A stretch of 64,000 nucleotides of DNA from Patescibacteria group bacterium. GTDB lineage: Bacteria; Patescibacteriota; Minisyncoccia; Phycocordibacterales; PALSA-1337. Positions 46,023 to 54,533 of the stretch are shown here, piece after piece. The position numbers were made by a program, and so were the translations under genes. The stretch spans positions 8,079 through 72,078 of the forward strand of contig JBBTRA010000005.1 of NCBI GenBank assembly GCA_038065415.1. Reading direction: 5' to 3'. Each line of letters opens with the position of its first letter. The first letter of the stretch is position 1. The notes beneath the pieces were generated by a model, which saw nothing but the letters and a program-made list of their open reading frames with translations, ran no database searches and had not been told where the DNA came from.

Positions 46023-47282
46023 TCAATCAGCCTTTGGATAGAACACCGAGAGGTGTTTGTGCCATTTCTTGAGGAGCTCGATCAAAGTCCCCTGGAATCC
46101 CGGCTCCTTGCAGAGCTCAGCAAGATGCCTCCGCAAAGGCTCTTCGCGGTGATGAGGCCGGTTCTCGGAACAGATATCCACGACACCGGGGAAGAACTCC
46201 TCTGCATAGCGACTCGCAGCCAGGATGACTGCGCGGTCTACTCGCACCGTCTCCGTAATGAATCTCCTGATGAGCTCATCGGTGACGCGGCAGGGGCGTA
46301 CATTCATGGTCTGGTATCGGTTCCAGAAGAAGGTTCCTTCGGTCCGGAGTCCGTAGTACGCCGCCAGACTTTTCATGGTGAAGCCTGTGTTCGCAAGCTC
46401 CACGTCTGTCGTCTCGAACAGGTCGGATGGTAGTTCTCCGCTCTGCACCTCGAACACATCGGGAGATATGATGCCCATGCTGATGAGCGTATAATCTCCG
46501 ATCGTGTTCATGAATGCCTCTTCGAAGTCTGCTGCGCTACTCTGGTATCGTGCTCGTTGGAACCGCTTCACAAAACGCCGGTAGAGGCGCTCCGAGAGGA
46601 GGAAGTCCAATTGTTTGAGCACAACCGAGTCGAGGCAGAAGTCCCTGAGGATAGGGCGTCCCGAATCATCTTTCTGCGCGAGCAGATAGAGGAGTCCGTA
46701 CTGAATGGATTCAATCGCCGGTGTGACCGCCTCGACGATTGCGAGTGCATCCGACATCTCGTTGACCGAGAGGAAGGACACGGATCGTTTCCGCGCGATG
46801 TTTTTGAGACGCTCCTGTTCTACCACGAGCTCATTTTTGAGTCCTTCGCGGTCACGATAGGCTTGACCGAAGAGTTGCCGGGTCGTCTTGAACGGCTCGG
46901 TACTCGGTCTGTCTGCAACATTGATGGCGTGTATGAACACACCGTCAGCGGTGCTCGTGTGATAGAGGAGGTCGAGCGTGAAGTCCATCACGGTACGCTG
47001 CGTCGGCGCTGCGAAGGCGTCGGGGCGCAGGATGATCTGGTTCCGGATGCTCTCTTCGGTGAACGTTGCGGTGATCGCTTGTTTGAGAGGACCTTCTGGG
47101 ATGCGAGCGAGTATGACCCCGATGACATCCTTGAGTAGGTCTGGAGGATTGCCTCCTCCCTCCTTTCGCAGGAGAGCGATCGTTTGAGCGAGCCCCTGAG
47201 CGAATTCCACGCGCAGGTCGAGCTCGAGAGAGTGGCTCTGGGTGAGGCCGTGTGACATGCTGAGGTGAAGTCCCAAGCTCAT
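46023..47282 (-). CDS. Hypothetical protein (419 aa)
   Basis: Long ORF in the GC-rich segment with a divergent promoter region. No recognisable catalytic motif. The internal plus-strand ORFs are judged spurious. Confidence 0.4.
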   Translation of the reverse strand: MSLGLHLSMSHGLTQSHSLELDLRVEFAQGLAQTIALLRKEGGGNPPDLLKDVIGVILARIPEGPLKQAITATFTEESIRNQIILRPDAFAAPTQRTVMDFTLDLLYHTSTADGVFIHAINVADRPSTEPFKTTRQLFGQAYRDREGLKNELVVEQERLKNIARKRSVSFLSVNEMSDALAIVEAVTPAIESIQYGLLYLLAQKDDSGRPILRDFCLDSVVLKQLDFLLSERLYRRFVKRFQRARYQSSAADFEEAFMNTIGDYTLISMGIISPDVFEVQSGELPSDLFETTDVELANTGFTMKSLAAYYGLRTEGTFFWNRYQTMNVRPCRVTDELIRRFITETVRVDRAVILAASRYAEEFFPGVVDICSENRPHHREEPLRRHLAELCKEPGFQGTLIELLKKWHKHLSVFYPKAD

Positions 47283-47367
47283 CGTATTTTCCTTTGGTAG
47301 TGGGTATAGGGTGTTTTCAAGTCTGAAATCATTATAGCACCCTTATTTATAGCCGTCAATAGCTATA

Positions 47368-47397
47368 TTGACAAATAGGTACCATATATGCTATAAT
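47368..47397 (+). promoter_or_regulatory. Promoter TTGACA – 18 nt – TGcTATAAT
   Basis: −35 at 47368-47373 and extended −10 at 47389-47397, oriented toward the 47486 gene. Confidence 0.45.
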
Positions 47398-47485
47398 ATA
47401 CTATAGAGTAGGGTAATCGTGCCGCCTCGGGCGAATCACGGCCAACCTATGATAGACAGGTACACACAACGACGGAACTTTTAGA

Positions 47486-48565
47486 ATGAAAACACACACA
47501 AACTCACAGGTTCGCCACCTCGTGGCATACGTTGGTAACTTCGACACCTCTCCGGGGAAAAAGAAAGGATTCGCGCTCGTGCAGGGAGACCCGCATGAAT
47601 TCGTCCTTACCGCAGAGAGCGGGCCGAAGTTCATCATCGCCGGTAAACAGTCGCCCGCGTTCCACCCGGACCGTCGCGCGACTCGGATTCCGTGCCCAGG
47701 GGATGAGATCATCCTCCGGGTCTCGGGCACAGGCGGTGACCAGAAGGTCATCGCCTGGGGATTCAATGAGTTCTGGCAACAGGCTCAGAAGTTCATCGAC
47801 GCCCAGCCCAAGCCCGCGCCGAAGCTCCATATCAACCACCTCACCGTCTTCCGCATCCTGCGGCAGACCAAAGTGAATGGCAAGATCGTGGGCACCGAAG
47901 GTTCCACGCAGGCCGTCGGCGCGAGCAAGGAAGAGACGGCCTTCACCGGCACGCTCCAGCAGATGCTCGCTGTGTCTCAGCGTGATGGTCTCCGGACTAG
48001 CACGGTGGACAAGTTCGCCCCGACGTATGTCGCTCCCGGCAAGCTCGGTATCATCGTGTACAATCGCTTCCAGGTGCGTGACCACAAAGGCGCATGGATC
48101 GATTGGCGCGACCCGCGGGCATTCCCGCTGGGCACGGTGTACCAGCTGGTCCTGGTCAGGGGCAAGAGTCGCGAGGTGCTCATGACGGGGACGGCTCTCG
48201 AGATCGCCTGGAAGTATCCGCGCGATGAACGGGACCCGCTCCGCAAGTACGCGTCGTCAGGTGGCCACCAGGGGTATGTCGAATGGTTCCGTCGGGAACC
48301 GGACGGCAGGACGACCCGGGAGATCAGTATCGAGACGGGCAAGCCTGTCCAGCAAGGCATCGTTGCCAAGTGGACGGAATGCCGCGATCCTCGTCCTGAC
48401 GAGGTTGCGGCAAAGAAGCCGGTCACGGTCAGGACTGCAACGAGTGCTTCGAGCGCACCGATCGCTCAGAAGGACGTTGCCCAGAAGCCTGCGGCGGCCA
48501 AGCCGTTGCGCACGGTCGTCGCCAACAGCCTCGATAATCTGCACTTGGCGATCGTTCCGCAATAA
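47486..48565 (+). CDS. Hypothetical protein with repeated small beta-domains and an Ala/Lys/Pro-rich tail
   Basis: ORF co-oriented with the downstream helicase and 69 nt upstream of it. GC-rich codon usage. The overlapping minus-strand ORFs 47504-48085 and 47977-48426 are rejected. Confidence 0.4.
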   Translation: MKTHTNSQVRHLVAYVGNFDTSPGKKKGFALVQGDPHEFVLTAESGPKFIIAGKQSPAFHPDRRATRIPCPGDEIILRVSGTGGDQKVIAWGFNEFWQQAQKFIDAQPKPAPKLHINHLTVFRILRQTKVNGKIVGTEGSTQAVGASKEETAFTGTLQQMLAVSQRDGLRTSTVDKFAPTYVAPGKLGIIVYNRFQVRDHKGAWIDWRDPRAFPLGTVYQLVLVRGKSREVLMTGTALEIAWKYPRDERDPLRKYASSGGHQGYVEWFRREPDGRTTREISIETGKPVQQGIVAKWTECRDPRPDEVAAKKPVTVRTATSASSAPIAQKDVAQKPAAAKPLRTVVANSLDNLHLAIVPQ

Positions 48566-48634
48566 TCGGAAGTTCAGATTCACAAGCCCAGCCGGCAATC
48601 GGCTGGGCTTCTTCATTTCTGGTATACTTCCCGC

Positions 48635-50482
48635 ATGACGCAAACGCATGCACTCGATATTTTGAAGACGGGCAAGAATGCTTTCATCACTGGGCCTGCG
48701 GGCTCGGGTAAAACCTACGTAGTCAATCAATATATCCGGTATCTCAAGGATCACGGCGTGCCGCTCGGCATTACCGCCTCGACAGGTATCGCCGCTACTC
48801 ATATGGGAGGAGTTACTATACATTCATGGTCAGGCATCGGTATCAAGGATAGTCTCGGCATCCACGATCTGCAGGAGTTGTCCGAGCGTGCCCAAGTACG
48901 CCGCAAGATCGAAGAAGCAAAAGTTCTCATCATCGATGAGGTATCTATGCTTCATCATTTCCGTCTCGATCTCGTGGATCAAGTGCTCAAACATATCAAG
49001 AAAACAGAAGCACCCTTCGGGGGTATCCAGGTGGTGCTCTGCGGAGATTTTTTTCAACTGCCCCCAGTTTCGCGTATGGGAGAGCCCGCGGCGCGGTTCG
49101 TCTATAACTCCGATTCATGGAAGCGGGGCAATTTCGCTATTTGCTATCTTTCTGAGAACTATCGCCAAGGTGTCGATGAGGCGGTGAATATCCTCAATGA
49201 GATCCGGAGTGGAGAAGTTTCTGAGCAGTCATACGAGCTCCTCATGACGAGGCACGCAGGGAAGCGTGTCAATGAAGAGTGGTCTGAGCCCGTTGTCGGA
49301 GATGCGGCTGACGATCTTTTGAGTGAGAAGGCAGCATCAGCAGATGCTGGCACTGTTGCTCCAGAGATGGAACCGACGCGTCTCTATACGCATAATATAG
49401 ATGTCGATAGCATCAATGAGCGCGAGATCGGCAAGATATCTGGCACAGAGTGTGTCTATGAGATGATCACCAAGGGTAAGAAGCCGCTCATCGAAACGCT
49501 CAAGAAATCCTGTCTCGCCCCGGAAAAACTCCGCCTCAAAAAAGGCGCTCGTGTCATGTGTGTCAAGAATAATTTTGAAGAAGGGTATGTGAACGGTACG
49601 CTTGGCGTGGTCGTCTCGTGTGGCTGGGGTATCGACCCGGTCATCCGCACAGCTTCTACGCCAGATCATCCGGAAGGGAGAGATGTCACTATTAAGACTG
49701 TTGACTGGACTATCGAGGATGATGGCAGGATCATCGCACAGATTACCCAGTATCCGCTTCGTCTGGCATGGGCTATCACGGTACACAAGAGTCAAGGTAT
49801 GTCGCTCGATGCTGTCGAGGTCGACCTGTCAAAATCATTTGAGCCAGGTATGGGGTATGTCGCTCTCTCTCGTGTTCGTACGCTTGCTGGACTCTCCATC
49901 CTCGGCATGAATGACCAAGCGCTTCGTGTGCATCCGGAAGTCCTGGAGCAGGATGCGCGTCTTCGCGATCTTTCTGACAAAGCCGAGAGTATCATAGAGT
50001 ATACTGATAGTACTGAGATCAAAAGGGCTCATGATGAATTTCTAGCGAAGGTAGCGCCTCTCCACTACATGAAGCCGGGAGTTGGAGGTCGGAAGAAAGG
50101 GGTGTTGGGTGGATCCGAGCTCGCGCAGAAAGTTTCGACACTGGAAAGAACGGTTGCCCTTGTTAGGAACGAGAAAACCATCAAAGAGATGGCGGAAGCA
50201 CGAGACATGGTTCCTGAAACGATTATCAGTCATATCGAGAAGCTTATCGAGCTCGGTCCAGAGAGCGGGGGGCTTTCTCAGAGTGACATCGCGTATTTGA
50301 GAAAAGATATCTCCAATCCTCATTTTGCGAAGATAGAGAAAGCGTTGCAAGAAGTTGCTGACAAACAGACAGACGGCAAGCCACCGCTCCTCTCTCCGGT
50401 CAAAGGTAGGATCAAGGGCGCGAGCTCATTCCGTGATATTCAGTTGGCACGGGTACTGCTTGGGTATATCAAGAAGAAATAA
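48635..50482 (+). CDS. Pif1/RecD-family SF1 helicase with C-terminal helix-turn-helix extension
   Basis: Walker A 'GPAGSGKTYV'. Walker B 'LIIDEVSM'. 'VLCGDFFQLPPV' (Pif1 motif III). C-terminal section 'VHKSQGMSLD' (SF1 motif V/VI). An extra C-terminal domain of about 170 aa. Confidence 0.75.
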   Translation: MTQTHALDILKTGKNAFITGPAGSGKTYVVNQYIRYLKDHGVPLGITASTGIAATHMGGVTIHSWSGIGIKDSLGIHDLQELSERAQVRRKIEEAKVLIIDEVSMLHHFRLDLVDQVLKHIKKTEAPFGGIQVVLCGDFFQLPPVSRMGEPAARFVYNSDSWKRGNFAICYLSENYRQGVDEAVNILNEIRSGEVSEQSYELLMTRHAGKRVNEEWSEPVVGDAADDLLSEKAASADAGTVAPEMEPTRLYTHNIDVDSINEREIGKISGTECVYEMITKGKKPLIETLKKSCLAPEKLRLKKGARVMCVKNNFEEGYVNGTLGVVVSCGWGIDPVIRTASTPDHPEGRDVTIKTVDWTIEDDGRIIAQITQYPLRLAWAITVHKSQGMSLDAVEVDLSKSFEPGMGYVALSRVRTLAGLSILGMNDQALRVHPEVLEQDARLRDLSDKAESIIEYTDSTEIKRAHDEFLAKVAPLHYMKPGVGGRKKGVLGGSELAQKVSTLERTVALVRNEKTIKEMAEARDMVPETIISHIEKLIELGPESGGLSQSDIAYLRKDISNPHFAKIEKALQEVADKQTDGKPPLLSPVKGRIKGASSFRDIQLARVLLGYIKKK

Positions 50483-50552
50483 AAATCCCCTCAGACACGG
50501 GATGTCTAAGGGGAGATGAAGGGGTTCACTCTCTGCTCAAGGAGCTCAACGG

Positions 50553-51071
50553 TTAAAAGGCCAGCCGCTCTTCGAGACGTTCTCGGTAGAGCTTCCGGAG
50601 TTCTTCCGGTGTGATGGTTTCTGGCGAGAGTCGCCATGTGAGCTTCGGGAACAGGGAGGGCTCTTCGGCCGCCTGCTGATCGATGGTGAGCATGATGCTA
50701 CATCCGCCGATGCTGAGTTCGAATACGTATCCGTTGACATGGTGGCGCAGCTCCTTGCGGAAATGCGTCTTCATTTTGCAGAACCAGTCGTTCACGATGA
50801 ACGTGGTTTCTGAGACTTTGGATTTGACCATCTCGGCCGCTTTGATGAGCGCCTCGACGATAACCTGTTCCAGCTTCTGGTTTTTCAACTTGTGAGGCAA
50901 GTTGTTGCCCAGTGTGCAATCTACGAGCGGTCGTTGCGGGACCGCCGACAGTGCTTTTTTAGTCTTCATACGATATACGATCTTCTTGTGTTTTGTGTGT
51001 TCTGTGTTTTCTGCAGTACGACGGATACGAATATCCTGAAGGAGTTTACCACTGTATATTTGAGGTGTCAA
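50553..51071 (-). CDS. Hypothetical protein
   Basis: ORF. The probable start is the internal ATG (MKTKKALSAV…). No motif recognised. Confidence 0.35.
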   Translation of the reverse strand: MTPQIYSGKLLQDIRIRRTAENTEHTKHKKIVYRMKTKKALSAVPQRPLVDCTLGNNLPHKLKNQKLEQVIVEALIKAAEMVKSKVSETTFIVNDWFCKMKTHFRKELRHHVNGYVFELSIGGCSIMLTIDQQAAEEPSLFPKLTWRLSPETITPEELRKLYRERLEERLAF

Positions 51072-51143
51072 TCATTTGAGATGATTCTGATGAGTATAAA
51101 AAAGCCCCGGATAATCTCCGGGGTGTAAGGGTCGAATACATGG

Positions 51144-51782
51144 TCACGCAGCTCTTCGCATGGACTCTCGCGGCTGAACATCGGGGACCGATGGGCCGCG
51201 CGCCTGGGCGAATTTGATCGGAGAACGGCGGAGGAGGGTGCCGAGGCAGAAGTCTGCGAGCGGCAATACCACGTTGAAGTTCTTCGTCATATAGCGGTGA
51301 TGGAGCAAATGATGACCGTTGATCATCCGGAATACTTGGTACCGCTCGATCAGACGCTGTTTGGGTGCGCGCGGCAGATGCATGCACCAATGCGTGTATT
51401 CATAGGTCGCATAATAGACCGAGAAGGCGCCGAAGATGCCGAACACTGCGGCGGTGGCTGACCCTAATGGTATGAGCCACGAACCGTGGATGAGGTTGAT
51501 CGCGGTGATCGGGATGATCGCCCATAGCAGGGTATTGATGAGGATGAGCACGGGGCCATTCCACCAAGCCATGGGTATGGTCCACTTGTCCTCCTCTTGG
51601 ATGAGGTGGTATGTGTGGTCAGCCTTGAAGGTCTGATGATGAACGACGGCGTGTGCCTTGAAGGCATAGTCGAATTTCCCGAGGGGCCGGTGCATGACGT
51701 ATCGATGCAGGACCCACTCGAAGAAAGACGCTATGCAGATGCCCACGCAAAACGTGAGCCCGAAGATGAGTATCGGATGCAT
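51144..51782 (-). CDS. Fatty-acid hydroxylase superfamily membrane protein (desaturase / hydroxylase-like)
   Basis: Four TM helices. Histidine boxes 'HAVVHHQ', 'HWCMH' and 'HHLLHHRY'. Confidence 0.65.
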   Translation of the reverse strand: MHPILIFGLTFCVGICIASFFEWVLHRYVMHRPLGKFDYAFKAHAVVHHQTFKADHTYHLIQEEDKWTIPMAWWNGPVLILINTLLWAIIPITAINLIHGSWLIPLGSATAAVFGIFGAFSVYYATYEYTHWCMHLPRAPKQRLIERYQVFRMINGHHLLHHRYMTKNFNVVLPLADFCLGTLLRRSPIKFAQARGPSVPDVQPRESMRRAA

Positions 51783-51842
51783 ATGTTCCTTATGTGTTGA
51801 GTTTTGAAATGACCAAATTCAGGCATAAGTATAGCATGGGGT

Positions 51843-51950
51843 CCCCAGAGGTGTGCGCATGTATTCTGCAATACATCGTTGTGTCGGTACACGAAACTTT
51901 AGGCAACCGTTCTGCGATGTATTGCAGAATACATGCGCACACCTCTGGGG
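51843..51950. repeat. Perfect 36-bp inverted repeat with a 36-nt spacer, in the divergent promoter region between the desaturase and DEAD-box helicase genes
   Basis: Arm 1 at 51843-51878 is CCCCAGAGGTGTGCGCATGTATTCTGCAATACATCG. Arm 2 at 51915-51950 is its exact reverse complement. The two mirror-image ORFs in the track (51794-51991 plus, 51790-51987 minus) are artefacts of the palindrome. Confidence 0.9.
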
Positions 51951-52055
51951 ATCGTGTATTTTGTAGAATATTGACTTTTTCCACCAAGTAGTTTATAGTA
52001 TATACCTAATAGATTTCTCATTGTTTGCCTCTGTATCGAATATATAGGCCTATCG

Positions 52056-53462
52056 GTGGGAGTAAGCCCACAGGGCATATATCATATGTATAACAAGCAT
52101 TCTAGCGGTGCGGGCCATAGTGGCTCGAACCGATCGTTTAGTCATAATAAGCCAGCCGGGCATAGTTCACGCCCAGGAAGTCATTCAGCGCGTCCGGCAA
52201 GTTCTGGCGGTTATCAGGGTCACAATCCTCGTAGCGCCGCGAGCCGCTTCGGCGGTTCTCATGGTCACTCGGGATCTCGCGGTCCGAGCCGCTTCGGTGG
52301 CAATCGTGGCGGGGGTAACCGCGGAGGTGGTTCTCGTGGCGGTAGGGGCGGAGGATTTTCGAAATATATCGACATCAGCAAGTTCGTCAATAAGGCTGTC
52401 ATTACCGAGACGGTCGACAATTTCGTGCCTGATCATGCGTTCGTTGATTTTCACATCGAGGCGCGTCTCAAGGCGAACATTGTCACCAAGGGATATATCA
52501 CCCCAACTCCGATCCAGGACAAGGCCATTCCGCATGTCCTTCGCAACGTAGATCTCGTCGGTATCGCTAACACGGGTACCGGTAAGACTGCAGCATTCCT
52601 CATTCCGCTCATCAACAAGATTCTCCTCAATCCTAAGGAGAAGATCCTCGTCGTCGTTCCTACACGCGAGCTCGCTCAACAGATCGAGGAGGAGCTCAAG
52701 GGGTTCACGAAGAACCTTCCGATCTGGTCTGTCTGTTGTGTCGGAGGTGCGAGCATCGTACCCCAACTCAAGGGTCTCTCACGACAGAATCAGTTCGTCA
52801 TCGGTACACCAGGACGTCTGCGCGATCTCATCGAACGCGGTCGTATCCGTCTTGCCGAGTACAACACGGTTGTTCTCGATGAGGCTGATCGTATGCTTGA
52901 TATGGGATTCATTACTGACATCAAGTTCATGATCGCCGGTATGCCCAAGGTTCGTCAGACACTCTTCTTCTCAGCGACCATGTCGAAGGAGATCGAGGCA
53001 CTCATCGGCCAGTTCCTCACCGATCCAGTCAAGATATCCGTGAAGACTGCTGATACTGCAGCATCTGTAGATCAGGACATTATCCGTGTTCCACCAGGAG
53101 CGAACAAGCTCGACATCCTCGTCGATCATCTCAATCAGCCTGGCTTCACCAAGGTTATTATCTTCGGAAAAACCAAGCATGGTGTGCAGAGGCTCGCTGA
53201 AGATCTCGTCAAACGCAAGATCATGTCAGAGGCTATCCATGGCAACAAGAGCCAGGGCCAGCGCATGCGTGCACTCCGTGCGTTCAAGGAACACTCAGTC
53301 AAAGTACTCGTAGCGACCGATGTGGCCGCTCGCGGTCTCGATATCTCCGGCGTCACGCACGTCATCAACTTTGATATTCCTGCTACCTACGAGGACTACG
53401 TCCATCGTATCGGTCGTACAGGCCGTGCCGGCAAGAAGGGGAAGGCGCTTACGTTCGTGTAA
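52056..53462 (+). CDS. DEAD-box ATP-dependent RNA helicase with Gly/Arg-rich (RGG) N-terminal extension
   Basis: Q-motif region 'GYITPTPIQDKAIP'. Motif I 'ANTGTGKTAAF'. 'VLDEADRMLD' (DEAD). 'FSAT' (SAT). 'HRIGRTGRAG' (motif VI). The N-terminal ~100 aa are low-complexity GGSRGG/RGG. Confidence 0.85.
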   Translation: MGVSPQGIYHMYNKHSSGAGHSGSNRSFSHNKPAGHSSRPGSHSARPASSGGYQGHNPRSAASRFGGSHGHSGSRGPSRFGGNRGGGNRGGGSRGGRGGGFSKYIDISKFVNKAVITETVDNFVPDHAFVDFHIEARLKANIVTKGYITPTPIQDKAIPHVLRNVDLVGIANTGTGKTAAFLIPLINKILLNPKEKILVVVPTRELAQQIEEELKGFTKNLPIWSVCCVGGASIVPQLKGLSRQNQFVIGTPGRLRDLIERGRIRLAEYNTVVLDEADRMLDMGFITDIKFMIAGMPKVRQTLFFSATMSKEIEALIGQFLTDPVKISVKTADTAASVDQDIIRVPPGANKLDILVDHLNQPGFTKVIIFGKTKHGVQRLAEDLVKRKIMSEAIHGNKSQGQRMRALRAFKEHSVKVLVATDVAARGLDISGVTHVINFDIPATYEDYVHRIGRTGRAGKKGKALTFV

Positions 53463-53463
53463 A

Positions 53464-53520
53464 TCCTAAACTCTAAGTTCTAAATCCTGAACTCTATATG
53501 AGGGTTTAGGATTTTTTGCT
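53464..53520 (+). terminator. Rho-independent terminator after the DEAD-box helicase gene
   Basis: ATCCTAAAC … GTTTAGGAT stem followed by TTTTTT. Confidence 0.5.
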
Positions 53521-53568
53521 ATACTGCCCCCACATTACCAAGGGTCGTTTTAACATACATACAAACAT

Positions 53569-53955
53569 ATGGAAATCGCATTCATCATCGGCCGTATCAT
53601 TTTCGGGGGATATTTCCTCAAGAATGCCTACAACCATATCTTCAAGTCGGCCCATCTTGTTGGATATGCTCAGTCCAAGGGGGTCAAATCACCCAAGATA
53701 GCCATCATCGGTTCAGGCATCCTGCTCGCGTTCGGCGGCCTGTCGATGATCCTTGGCGTTTGGACTATCTGGGGAGCGGTGGCACTCATCGCTTTCCTTA
53801 TCCCTGTGTCACTCAAGATGCATGACTTCTGGAAGATTCAGGATCCTATGGCTCGCATGGGCGAGAGGATCTCATTCGAGAAGAACATGGCTTTGGCAGC
53901 AGCGGCCCTCATAACCATGGCCATCTCAACTCCGTGGATATACTCCGCATTCTAG
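53569..53955 (+). CDS. DoxX-family membrane protein (second copy)
   Basis: Four TM helices. 'IIGRIIFGGYFLKNAYNH' is typical of DoxX. Confidence 0.5.
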   Translation: MEIAFIIGRIIFGGYFLKNAYNHIFKSAHLVGYAQSKGVKSPKIAIIGSGILLAFGGLSMILGVWTIWGAVALIAFLIPVSLKMHDFWKIQDPMARMGERISFEKNMALAAAALITMAISTPWIYSAF

Positions 53956-54020
53956 TTGATTCGGATCGAATATAAAAAAGCGTCTCCTTGCCGGTTGGCG
54001 GAAGGGGACGCTTTTGCGCG

Positions 54021-54467
54021 TTAGGAGGCGATCTCGACTGGTGCTGGCTGAGTCGGTATCTTGCCGCTCGCACCAAATTCCAAGACGCCGGTCAGGTAAT
54101 CCATGATGACCTCGCAGGCTTCGTTGAATGTTTCGATATCGAGATTTCGGCAGAGCGCGTGAGATAGGTCGACGCCGATACAACGCGCACTCACGAAGTC
54201 ATCGACGTCGTCGTCACCAGCCTTGATTTTCATGGGATACTTTTGGCATGCCATGACGAGCATCGATATAAGTACGAACTTGTAATACCGGAGACGGAAC
54301 TCGGGGTCATGGTCATGACGGGCCAAGAGGTCCATCGTGTACCATGAAGGGTCCCATGCGGAGCCCTGGCCTTTGATGCGGGCGAGGTACTCTTTCTGTT
54401 TTACCTCGATTTGATCAGAGAGTTCCAGGGCTTTTGCCACAGGGAACTCGATGGTTGATATTTCCAT
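54021..54467 (-). CDS. Hypothetical protein
   Basis: Start set at ATG 54467, preceded by AGGAGA 5 nt upstream. The track ORF extends to 54587 without a ribosome-binding site. Confidence 0.4.
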   Translation of the reverse strand: MEISTIEFPVAKALELSDQIEVKQKEYLARIKGQGSAWDPSWYTMDLLARHDHDPEFRLRYYKFVLISMLVMACQKYPMKIKAGDDDVDDFVSARCIGVDLSHALCRNLDIETFNEACEVIMDYLTGVLEFGASGKIPTQPAPVEIAS

Positions 54468-54533
54468 AGATCTCCTGTGGTTGTTTCTGGCGATAATACT
54501 ATGCTCATTTGGGATGAAGTCAAGGAATAAAAA

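Noticed and set aside
46023-47282. Sigma-54 (RpoN) assignment for the 419-aa protein
   Set aside because: The Leu/Gln/Ser-rich N-terminus resembles RpoN region I. However, no RpoN box (ARRTVAKYRE) or X-link HTH could be found, so it is left as hypothetical.
47504-48426. Minus-strand ORFs 47504-48085 and 47977-48426
   Set aside because: Antisense ORFs within the GC-rich 47486-48565 gene. The plus-strand ORF is co-oriented with the helicase and has an upstream promoter.
51790-51991. Mirror-image 65-aa ORFs on both strands sharing 'MYCRIHAHTSGD' and 'PEVCACILQYI'
   Set aside because: Both are generated by translating the 36-bp perfect inverted repeat. It is reported as a repeat, not as genes.
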